From Flavobacteriia bacterium (GTDB taxonomy: Bacteria > Bacteroidota > Bacteroidia > Flavobacteriales_D > Crocinitomicaceae), in NCBI GenBank assembly GCA_026391005.1, contig JAPLEV010000053.1, forward strand, positions 9,218-73,217: a stretch of DNA of 64,000 nt, read 5' to 3'. The position numbers and the translations under genes were made by a program. This document shows, one piece after another, positions 9,976-17,723 of the stretch (position 1 is the first letter of the stretch; each line of letters begins with the position of its first letter). The notes beneath the pieces were generated by a model. That model had not been told where the DNA came from, did no database searches, and was given only the letters and a program-made list of their open reading frames with translations.

Positions 9976-10872
9976 CTATTTTATCTTATTTTTAATCACT
10001 ACGCTGTTAAAATTATCAGGACCATACCACCTTCCTTCGCTTGAAACGTAGATAAAAGGAGCCCTATAGTAACCAAAATTAGTTAACGAAGTAATGATTT
10101 TACCGCTTTTAATTAAATATTCATCCCTTGCAGGATTATATTCAAACCCTTCAGGAAGTTCATAATTACCAATATAAACTTCGTTTTCGGCAATAGGAAA
10201 AAACGTGTTTTGTTGGTTATAAAACCCAATTCGTGGTATCTTTCTCAAATTGTTGATAAAGTAATATTCTTTTAACTCCTGTTTTTCTGCAAATTCCATA
10301 AACTCCCAGAAGGAAGTTTCACCCCTTTTAAGTTTCTTTAATTCTTCGTAAAGAAATGCCGTATCGATTTTTAGTGAATTAAAAATTGCGGTGTCTATTT
10401 TATTACCATTGGATTTTTCGTTAAGGGAATAACTGCTAACCTGTCGTTTTAGATTCTCAATTTCCGTTTTTAATTTTTTATCCCACAGTAAATTAATTTT
10501 TTTATTGTAAAGATTTTCCTTCTCTGCCAAAGCATGCCCTAATTCATTCAAGGTGAATTTGGCAAATTCTCCATTACCCTGAGCATACCAACCATCATTC
10601 GATTTGTAAGCATAAAAAATACCGTCCATGGATCGAATAATAATGCGCGATGTAGTGGAATCCAGCTCCGCATGTGTTTTTAAAAAAATATATCCTTGGT
10701 CTTGCTCGACTTCCGTTGGCTCAAAATCTTTTGCTATTTGGTCATAATAATCACAAAGTAAACCCTTACAGTCAGGTTGGTTCTTATTAGAGCATGCTGA
10801 AATAATCAACACAACAACTGCAGAAATAATTGAAAAAATCACGCTATTATTCCGATTAATGAACCTTTTCAT
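9976..10872 (-). CDS. Hypothetical lipoprotein (298 aa)
   Basis: Lipoprotein signal (VVLIISAC). The central part is Lys/Glu-rich and looks like coiled coil. I recognise no family. Confidence 0.65.
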   Translation of the reverse strand: MKRFINRNNSVIFSIISAVVVLIISACSNKNQPDCKGLLCDYYDQIAKDFEPTEVEQDQGYIFLKTHAELDSTTSRIIIRSMDGIFYAYKSNDGWYAQGNGEFAKFTLNELGHALAEKENLYNKKINLLWDKKLKTEIENLKRQVSSYSLNEKSNGNKIDTAIFNSLKIDTAFLYEELKKLKRGETSFWEFMEFAEKQELKEYYFINNLRKIPRIGFYNQQNTFFPIAENEVYIGNYELPEGFEYNPARDEYLIKSGKIITSLTNFGYYRAPFIYVSSEGRWYGPDNFNSVVIKNKIK

Positions 10873-11056
10873 AGTATTTAATTTTTATTGTCAAATATAT
10901 TAAAAAAATTACCAACCCTTTTATTCAAACTAGTTTACCTAAAGGTTAAAATATTTCAAGGACACCCTAGTGTTCATCTTCCCTACTCGAAAGATAAAAC
11001 TTCCAATATCACTAAGCTTGCATGATTTTTATTATCTTTATTCAAAATTAATTATA

Positions 11057-11389
11057 ATGAAAAAGCTGATCTTAACCCTCTGGGCATTGGTATCTTTGCA
11101 TGCCTTTAGCCAAACCGTCTATTCCGTAAACTCCAAATACGACGCAGATGTTAAAGTATTCGTAGCCTCCTCTAAGTATGACGCGGATTTAGTGGTGTAC
11201 AAGTGTTCTTCTAAATACGATGCCACCGACAACAAAGGATTGTGGTTCTTTGTCTCGTCAAAATATGATGCAAAAAAGAAAATTTATTTCTGCGATAGCA
11301 AATACGATGCTGACCTCATCATCTTTTTCAGCGATAGCAAATACGATGCGCAATGGAGAAGTAATGCAAAGAAGAGTTTAATGTATTAG
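11057..11389 (+). CDS. Secreted SKYDA-repeat protein (110 aa)
   Basis: The ATG at 11057 gives a signal peptide (MKKLILTLWALVSLHAFSQ). It is followed by six SKYDA(D/T/K/Q) motifs spaced 13, 13, 16, 13 and 13 aa apart, each followed by a hydrophobic beta-like stretch. The listed ORF start at 10970 adds an implausible leader. Confidence 0.7.
   Translation: MKKLILTLWALVSLHAFSQTVYSVNSKYDADVKVFVASSKYDADLVVYKCSSKYDATDNKGLWFFVSSKYDAKKKIYFCDSKYDADLIIFFSDSKYDAQWRSNAKKSLMY
11292..11349 (+). repeat. Near-identical 19-bp DNA duplication (GCGATAGCAAATACGATGC) spaced 39 bp apart inside the SKYDA gene
   Basis: Copies at 11292-11310 and 11331-11349. The spacing equals one 13-aa protein repeat. Confidence 0.8.
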
Positions 11390-11420
11390 ACTGAGGGGAA
11401 AATTAATAATTATAAGAACT

Positions 11421-12221
11421 ATGGATATTGCTAAGTTGCTTGAGCGTTTTGACTCCAAAAAATTAAGGCCTTTAACTACAATAGTTATTGTTGAAGTTAT
11501 GTTGTTTTTGTTCTCAATTGAAACACTAATTGAATGGTTCAACATACATCCGTTTGTATTTTTTATATTTTTTGTAATGGCCAGTATCCTAGTTTTTAGT
11601 ATTCTTCAATACATAAAACAATCACCGGAACAAAAATCTTGGTGCAAAGCAACATTTCAATGGTTAGTTTTTGTAAGAACAACCCTGGCAATAATTATTT
11701 TTTTCTTGCTTTTTGTCCTATATGTGGTCTTTATAGTTCCGGATTATAGAGTAATCGCTATTACAGATTCCGAAGATAGACAGTTTGAAAAAAAGAAACT
11801 TATGATTCCTTTTGCCAAGCAAGGGATGCTTGACACATTGAGTGCTGAAATTCAAGCACTATTAGGGGATCAATACAGTGTTAAAATCGATAATTTTGTC
11901 TATAAAGGCAAAAACCAAAAATTAATTAAAAATTCAAGATTGATTATAGTGCCTGGCATTTTCAATAAAGAGAAAGCTGTTGAAACTTTAATGAAACTCG
12001 AAGAACGAATTGAATTTTTTATTGCCAGTGATGAAGAAATGGAAATTCCAAAATTAGCAATTTTATGGAAAAATAAAGGATGTTGGAAGAACAACAAGCT
12101 TGAAATCATTAAAATAAAAGCCCAAATAGGTTTTATGAGTGGGACTGATAATAATTCAAAAGAAATTAGTTGTTTTGCTCAACAATGGAACAAATTTAAA
12201 TTCATAATCAACTTAAAATGA
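11421..12221 (+). CDS. Hypothetical integral membrane protein (266 aa)
   Basis: Several N-terminal TM helices, then a ~150 aa soluble domain. The stop codon overlaps the next start (ATGA at 12218). Confidence 0.6.
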   Translation: MDIAKLLERFDSKKLRPLTTIVIVEVMLFLFSIETLIEWFNIHPFVFFIFFVMASILVFSILQYIKQSPEQKSWCKATFQWLVFVRTTLAIIIFFLLFVLYVVFIVPDYRVIAITDSEDRQFEKKKLMIPFAKQGMLDTLSAEIQALLGDQYSVKIDNFVYKGKNQKLIKNSRLIIVPGIFNKEKAVETLMKLEERIEFFIASDEEMEIPKLAILWKNKGCWKNNKLEIIKIKAQIGFMSGTDNNSKEISCFAQQWNKFKFIINLK

Positions 12222-12739
12222 AAAAAATGATCCGCCTTTCTTTATTATTGGTGCTTATTGCAGGGATAATTTATTACGTATGGCCACAAGAGCAATTAGT
12301 AAAAAATCAGCGCATTGATAAAATAGTGGTAAATAAAACCGATCGACAAATGATTGTATACTACAAGAATGAAGAAATTGCGCGATATACCGTTTCATTA
12401 GGCTCGAAAAAATGGCCGTCACCTAAGTGGGGACCATTCTTAAATCATGATGATGGTCCAAAAAATCGGTTTGGTGATGCGAAAACTCCAGAAGGGGAGT
12501 ATAGATTGTCACCCTCTCACGGCAAATACCAACCCGCGCTGAAACTAAATTACGAAAAAAAATACCCAGGACAGGGAGGGGGAATTTTAATACACGGCCC
12601 AAACCAAATGAATAAATTCGCAGGTAAATTCCTGCGTTGGGTTGATTGGACAGACGGCTGCATTGCACTAACGGAATCGGAAATGAAAGAAATTTACAAT
12701 GCCGTCAAGCCAAATTGTTACATTCAAATTAATCACTAA
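12218..12739 (+). CDS. L,D-transpeptidase-fold (YkuD/YafK-like) protein with N-terminal anchor
   Basis: GGILIHGP ... DWTDGCIALTESEMKEIY matches the YkuD catalytic His/Cys region in its YafK-like form. An N-terminal TM or signal segment is present. Confidence 0.75.
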   Translation: MKKMIRLSLLLVLIAGIIYYVWPQEQLVKNQRIDKIVVNKTDRQMIVYYKNEEIARYTVSLGSKKWPSPKWGPFLNHDDGPKNRFGDAKTPEGEYRLSPSHGKYQPALKLNYEKKYPGQGGGILIHGPNQMNKFAGKFLRWVDWTDGCIALTESEMKEIYNAVKPNCYIQINH

Positions 12740-12825
12740 CTCAGATTTTAATGAAACAAAAAAATTGTCTTTTGCCTTTTGTTTTCTTAAAAAATACCAC
12801 CTTGTAGCTTTAAATTGAATCATTT

Positions 12826-13770
12826 ATGAAAGCCCTTAAAATTTTCTCTGTAGTACTATTATTCATTCTTTTAACCATTCTTTCTCAAGTAGGCGGAATA
12901 ATTCTTCTGCTTTGGCTACTAATTTTTCGATATTTTAAAGCCAAACTTACCAAACCATGGGCGCGACGAACAACAAACGTATTCGGTTTTATGGCCTTTT
13001 ACATGATTTTTAATCTGTTGATTATTCCTTTCCTCGCAGGACTGGGTGGCAAAGTACGGCTACCAATGTCCAAATCGGGGAACCTAGTTCCTGTGACGTA
13101 TTGGACAGCCATCTTCATGAGAAATTATATCACGGAGGAAGGAAAAGAAAAGATGTCGAAGATAGCCGACGAATTCGCCCAAAAATACCCTGGCCTGCAA
13201 GTGAAATACATGGACTGTAATTATCCGTTTAATATACCAACGCCAACGATACCCAAAGGATATATCTCGAAGAAAGAAGTGGAAACCTTTCCACTGACTG
13301 AAGGCTTAATACCCCACATATCTCATTTTGGCAATAAAGCTGACATAGCTTTGGTATATACTGATGAAACTGGAAAACCCTCTAATTTAACCCCGACCGC
13401 GATTGGTTATGGAAGTTCGGTTGATCCATTACCAGATGAACCTGGATATGCTAACCCAAAATGTGGTTGCAAAACAAATCATCAATCTCAGAGAAAAGAC
13501 TCGAAAGGAAAAATCAATGAAGGGACACCATGTATGTGTGATAAGGAATATGTTTTATATTCATTCATGTATCACATTATTCCAATTAATAAAAGTATTA
13601 AATTGTCCAAAATCCCTTCAGCTTCACTTATTAATAGATTTTACAAATTTGATAAAGAAATAATTCTTGAAGCGCACCTAAGAAAGAGATTGGAAGTGCT
13701 ACAATATAGTTGGGGAAATCACCCATGTTCTAGCGTCCGCCACGATGACCATTTTCACGTTAAATTTTAG
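12826..13770 (+). CDS. Membrane-anchored putative LAS-family (MepA / M74-like) zinc peptidase
   Basis: N-terminal TM helices. The HISHFGNKAD stretch contains an H-x5-D motif (HFGNKAD), and the C-terminal RHDDHFHVKF supplies an H-x-H motif, as in LAS metallopeptidases. A Cys-rich insert (KCGCK...CMCD) is present. The family call is from motifs only. Confidence 0.5.
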   Translation: MKALKIFSVVLLFILLTILSQVGGIILLLWLLIFRYFKAKLTKPWARRTTNVFGFMAFYMIFNLLIIPFLAGLGGKVRLPMSKSGNLVPVTYWTAIFMRNYITEEGKEKMSKIADEFAQKYPGLQVKYMDCNYPFNIPTPTIPKGYISKKEVETFPLTEGLIPHISHFGNKADIALVYTDETGKPSNLTPTAIGYGSSVDPLPDEPGYANPKCGCKTNHQSQRKDSKGKINEGTPCMCDKEYVLYSFMYHIIPINKSIKLSKIPSASLINRFYKFDKEIILEAHLRKRLEVLQYSWGNHPCSSVRHDDHFHVKF

Positions 13771-13775
13771 TATCT

Positions 13776-14198
13776 ATGAAGCGGTTACTAATTTATATCA
13801 GTTTATTTATCGCTCCCTTTTTACTTGTTGTTTGCGTTAATGAATTAAACAGACCTTCGCAATTGAATACCATTAACCTTATGGGCAAAAAGGTAGTTTC
13901 GATTAATCCCAGTCGTTGCATGAAAGACCGTTGCACTTGGTTTTGTCACAACCACGGTTGCGGAAAAACACAAAAACCGAATCGTTGTCCTCACAAAAAA
14001 AAAAACGTCATTAATACAGGATTTGTTGCAACAATTTATTGGGGCATACTTGAATTCAATGGGATTTCCAACGGCGAAAGCAACTCTTATCAGTCGCAAT
14101 CTGTTATGAATTTAGTGATTTTATGGCCCCTGTTACTACTAGGATTGCTTATCTTCAATATTGAATTATTTCTCACCCGAAAAAAGAAAGATGACTGA
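13776..14198 (+). CDS. Hypothetical Cys-rich membrane protein (140 aa)
   Basis: N- and C-terminal TM segments flank the Cys cluster CMKDRCTWFCHNHGCGKTQKPNRCPH. The gene contains an A11 tract. Confidence 0.55.
   Translation: MKRLLIYISLFIAPFLLVVCVNELNRPSQLNTINLMGKKVVSINPSRCMKDRCTWFCHNHGCGKTQKPNRCPHKKKNVINTGFVATIYWGILEFNGISNGESNSYQSQSVMNLVILWPLLLLGLLIFNIELFLTRKKKDD
13995..14005 (+). repeat. Homopolymeric A11 tract inside a coding sequence
   Basis: CAC AAA AAA AAA AAC, encoding HKKKN. Confidence 0.9.
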
Positions 14199-14376
14199 AT
14201 TAATAAACTCCATTTACATATACTGTACTGATTTTACGATTACCTCCGCTAACTTAATTGGGATAACCTATGAAGACTTTAATGCACTCATTTTCTGTGT
14301 TATTTGGCCTCTCCTAACCATAGTAAGCTTGATTACCCTTTTTGTACAAATTTATTTAAGACATAAAAAGATTTAA
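14191..14376 (+). CDS. Hypothetical small membrane protein (61 aa)
   Basis: The ATG at 14191 overlaps the upstream stop codon (ATGACTGA). There is one clear C-terminal TM segment (FCVIWPLLTIVSLITLFV). Confidence 0.45.
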   Translation: MTELINSIYIYCTDFTITSANLIGITYEDFNALIFCVIWPLLTIVSLITLFVQIYLRHKKI

Positions 14377-14410
14377 AATCATATTATTAGCAGAATAATT
14401 AACTTTGAGG

Positions 14411-15037
14411 ATGCAAAAACTAGCAATCATCCTATTCTCAACACTTTCATTGAGCTGTTTTTCTCAGAAAAATAAAGCAGCGTTTAGCGGAGAATTACTT
14501 TACAACATTGAAAAATTAAGCCCTGCAGATTCAACACCTTCAAAGATGCTGATTTATGCAAAAGATAGTTTATTAAAGGTTATTAATTTTTCGTCTATTT
14601 TGGGCAAACAAGAGATGATTAAACACCTCAGATTAAATCGATCCTATGTTCTTGTATCTACTACCAGGGGGAATTTCGCAATTAAAAACGACTTAAATAC
14701 TGATAAAGATACTGTTGAAACATATACCTTCAAAAAGAAATTTGGTAGAACAAAAATTGCGGGAATTAGAGCGAAAAGAATTTTAGTAACATTAACGGGT
14801 ATTGAAAAAAAATTTATTTTTTATTATCACCCTAAAATAAATGCGAAATACGGAAGTGCCTATCAAAACCTTCCAGGCTTATTGCTCGAATACTATGTGG
14901 TCAATGAAAATGGCCTCATAAAATATACGCTTGAAAATATAAAACATAGTGATGTACCTTTGGGAATTTTTATGATTCCTACCGACTACAAAAAAGTCAG
15001 CCTTGAAGAATTTATTCAAGAAGTCTCTGCGCAATAA
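14411..15037 (+). CDS. GLPGLI-family-like secreted protein
   Basis: Signal peptide (MQKLAIILFSTLSLSCFSQ). The motif NLPGLLLEYY resembles the GLPGLI signature of this Bacteroidota paralogous family. The listed start at 14405 is a TTG codon. Confidence 0.55.
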   Translation: MQKLAIILFSTLSLSCFSQKNKAAFSGELLYNIEKLSPADSTPSKMLIYAKDSLLKVINFSSILGKQEMIKHLRLNRSYVLVSTTRGNFAIKNDLNTDKDTVETYTFKKKFGRTKIAGIRAKRILVTLTGIEKKFIFYYHPKINAKYGSAYQNLPGLLLEYYVVNENGLIKYTLENIKHSDVPLGIFMIPTDYKKVSLEEFIQEVSAQ

Positions 15038-15149
15038 TAGTGGCGCATTTTAACGTCTTTTTTAACTAACAAAACATTGTTTATAGATATCACGCTCTTT
15101 TCTTAATGAAAATACTGCTTTACCTATCTTCGTGAAATAGATTATAAAA

Positions 15150-17654
15150 ATGTCAGACAACGAATATACACCCAAAGAAAAAACTAAGGAAGGCATTCCA
15201 AAAGGAAAGCCCACTCAATCCGACAAAAAAAAAATAAATTCTAAAGAAGTAAAAGAGAATTGGCTAAATCGAAAAAAGGTAAAAACTATTTTAGGATCTA
15301 GTACTATATTATTCTCTGTGTTCTTATTCGTCTCGTATGTATCTTATTTTTTTACTTGGAAAATTGACCAAGATATTATTTTAAACACCTCTTTTTTTGA
15401 CTATATTTTTAATTCTAGTATTCCTGCTCCAGAAAACTGGCTAGGTAAATTCGGCGCATGGATATCTCACATTTTAGTATTTGGAACCTTTGGAATTAGC
15501 GCAATCGGAATTTGTTTGTTCTTATTCCTTTTAGGTATAAAAATCCTATTTAATGTTGATTTATTGCCTTTTAAAAGAACAACTGCAATTACATTTTCAT
15601 TCATGATTTGGGGTTCATTATTATTCGGCTATTTTTCAAATTATGTTAATTACCTTGGAGGAACTTTTGGTTTCTACGTAAATAAGTGGTTAATAACAAC
15701 AATTGGTAATATCGGTGCGATAGCATTGATAATAGTTCTATTATACATAATCGTCACCTTACTTTTTAATCCGAATTACGCACAACTGTTTTCCTTTTTA
15801 TCATCAAAAAAACAAGCTGCTGCTTCCAATGATCAGGAAACTAACGATGAACAAGAGGATAGCTATACGTCAGTGTATGATGACATGCATGTTATAAATA
15901 CGATAAAGGATGAAGAAATAGAAAAAGAAAATATTTCCGAAACAATCCACTTCGGAGAAAATGAAGAAGAAGAAGAAGATGATGACGATGATGAGTCCGA
16001 ATTAATTGACACCATTCACACTGACGATGATTTCGAAATAGAAATTCCTGAAAAAGAAGCAATGGTTAATATTCCGCAATCGGAAACAATTAAAAAAGAA
16101 GATGAGGAAGGATCGCTTGCTGATAAATTAGTGGCCGAATTTGGAATGTATGATCCTACCAAAGATCTTGATGGCTTCCTACTCCCTCCTATTGACTTAT
16201 TAAAAGAGTACGGTGGCAATGGTACAACTGTAAGCAAAGAGGAATTAGAAGGAAACAAGGATAAAATTGTGCAAACGCTATCGCATTATAAAATTGACAT
16301 TGCCAAAATTAAAGCAACTGTAGGTCCTACGGTTACTTTATATGAAATCGTTCCCGCTCCCGGAGTTCGTATATCAAAAATTAAAAATCTGGAGGATGAT
16401 ATCGCACTTAGTCTAAGCGCTCTTGGGATACGAATCATTGCACCAATACCAGGAAAAGGAACGATCGGTATTGAAGTCCCTAACTTAAACCCGGAAATGG
16501 TAAGTATGAGGTCGCTGATTGCCTCTGAAAAGTTTCAAAATTTTGACGGCGAATTACCAATCGTATTGGGAAAAACCATCACCAATGAAACCTTTGTATT
16601 CGACTTAACGAGAATGCCACACTTATTGGTTGCTGGATCAACAGGTCAAGGGAAATCAGTAGGTTTAAATGCCATCTTAGTCTCCTTGTTGTACAGAAAA
16701 CATCCCGCTCAAGTTAAATTCGTTTTAGTGGATCCGAAAAAAGTTGAGTTAACACTTTACAATAAAATAGAACGACATTATCTAGCCAAACTTCCTGGAA
16801 ATGAAGATGCCATCATCACTGACACCTCAAAGGTTGTTCATACCCTAAACTCGCTCTGTATTGAAATGGATGATCGATACGAACTTCTTAAAACGGCAGA
16901 GGTTCGTACGATTAAAGAATACAATACCAAATTTATTGAGAGGCGATTAAATCCAGAAAAAGGACATCGTTACCTTCCCTATATCGTGGTGGTAATTGAT
17001 GAATTTGCTGACTTAATCATGACCGCAGGCAAAGAAGTCGAACATCCGATTGCAAGAATTGCGCAATTAGCAAGGGCAATTGGAATTCACTTAATTGTAG
17101 CCACACAAAGGCCTTCGGTAAACGTAATTACCGGAATGATAAAAGCTAATTTCCCAGCGAGAATAGCCTTTAGAGTGCTTTCAAAGATAGATTCAAGAAC
17201 CATATTAGATTCTTCCGGAGCCGATCAACTCATAGGACGAGGTGATATGCTAATAATGAACGGATCAGACATGATTAGATTACAATGTGGCTTTGTTGAT
17301 ACACCAGAAGTTGAAAGTATTTGTAATTTTATTGGGGGACAACGTGCCTACCCTGAAGCATTAATTTTACCTGAATATATTCCCGATGGTGCTGAGGGAA
17401 GCGCCGACTTAGACATGAATGAAATTGATGCCATGTTCGTGGAATCTGCTCGGATTGTAGTAATTAACCAACAAGGATCCGCCAGTTTACTTCAACGTAA
17501 ACTAAAATTAGGCTATAATCGGGCTGGACGAATTGTTGATCAATTGGAAGGAATGGGTATTATCGGTGCATTTCAAGGTAGCAAAGCTCGCGAAGTCCTT
17601 TATAGCGACATTGAATCACTCGATGATTTACTAAGAACAAAAGGTTTGATTTAA
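15150..17654 (+). CDS. ftsK: DNA translocase FtsK/SpoIIIE
   Basis: N-terminal TM domain, an acidic linker (EEEEDDDDDESE), a motor domain with Walker A (GSTGQGKS), and a C-terminal gamma-like winged-helix domain. Confidence 0.93.
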   Translation: MSDNEYTPKEKTKEGIPKGKPTQSDKKKINSKEVKENWLNRKKVKTILGSSTILFSVFLFVSYVSYFFTWKIDQDIILNTSFFDYIFNSSIPAPENWLGKFGAWISHILVFGTFGISAIGICLFLFLLGIKILFNVDLLPFKRTTAITFSFMIWGSLLFGYFSNYVNYLGGTFGFYVNKWLITTIGNIGAIALIIVLLYIIVTLLFNPNYAQLFSFLSSKKQAAASNDQETNDEQEDSYTSVYDDMHVINTIKDEEIEKENISETIHFGENEEEEEDDDDDESELIDTIHTDDDFEIEIPEKEAMVNIPQSETIKKEDEEGSLADKLVAEFGMYDPTKDLDGFLLPPIDLLKEYGGNGTTVSKEELEGNKDKIVQTLSHYKIDIAKIKATVGPTVTLYEIVPAPGVRISKIKNLEDDIALSLSALGIRIIAPIPGKGTIGIEVPNLNPEMVSMRSLIASEKFQNFDGELPIVLGKTITNETFVFDLTRMPHLLVAGSTGQGKSVGLNAILVSLLYRKHPAQVKFVLVDPKKVELTLYNKIERHYLAKLPGNEDAIITDTSKVVHTLNSLCIEMDDRYELLKTAEVRTIKEYNTKFIERRLNPEKGHRYLPYIVVVIDEFADLIMTAGKEVEHPIARIAQLARAIGIHLIVATQRPSVNVITGMIKANFPARIAFRVLSKIDSRTILDSSGADQLIGRGDMLIMNGSDMIRLQCGFVDTPEVESICNFIGGQRAYPEALILPEYIPDGAEGSADLDMNEIDAMFVESARIVVINQQGSASLLQRKLKLGYNRAGRIVDQLEGMGIIGAFQGSKAREVLYSDIESLDDLLRTKGLI

Positions 17655-17699
17655 CTATTTTAACGCTTCAGAGCCCTTTTATCCTAAATCAAAATTCAG

Positions 17700-17707
17700 T
17701 AGCTTTG
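17700..17707 (+). promoter_or_regulatory. Bacteroidota-type -7 box TAGCTTTG
   Basis: Perfect TAnnTTTG match 17 nt upstream of the M14 peptidase ATG. Confidence 0.3.
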
Positions 17708-17723
17708 GAGCTTAATTCATCTT

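Noticed and set aside
10970-11056. The upstream 29-codon extension of the SKYDA-repeat ORF.
   Set aside because: The extension starts at a non-ATG codon and precedes a perfect signal peptide that begins at the ATG at 11057. It is most likely 5' UTR or promoter.
12751-12807. An 18-codon mini-ORF (MKQKNCLLPFVFLKNTTL) in the gap before the LAS-like peptidase gene, considered as a possible leader peptide.
   Set aside because: It is too short and compositionally unremarkable to support without conservation or ribosome-profiling data.
9597-15149. A classical tRNA-integrated genomic island or prophage.
   Set aside because: I could see no integrase, excisionase, transposase or phage gene, and no direct repeat of the tRNA 3' end at the far boundary. 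The duplicated segments are tRNA 5' ends upstream of the gene. The region is treated as an accessory-looking cluster, not as a demonstrable mobile element.
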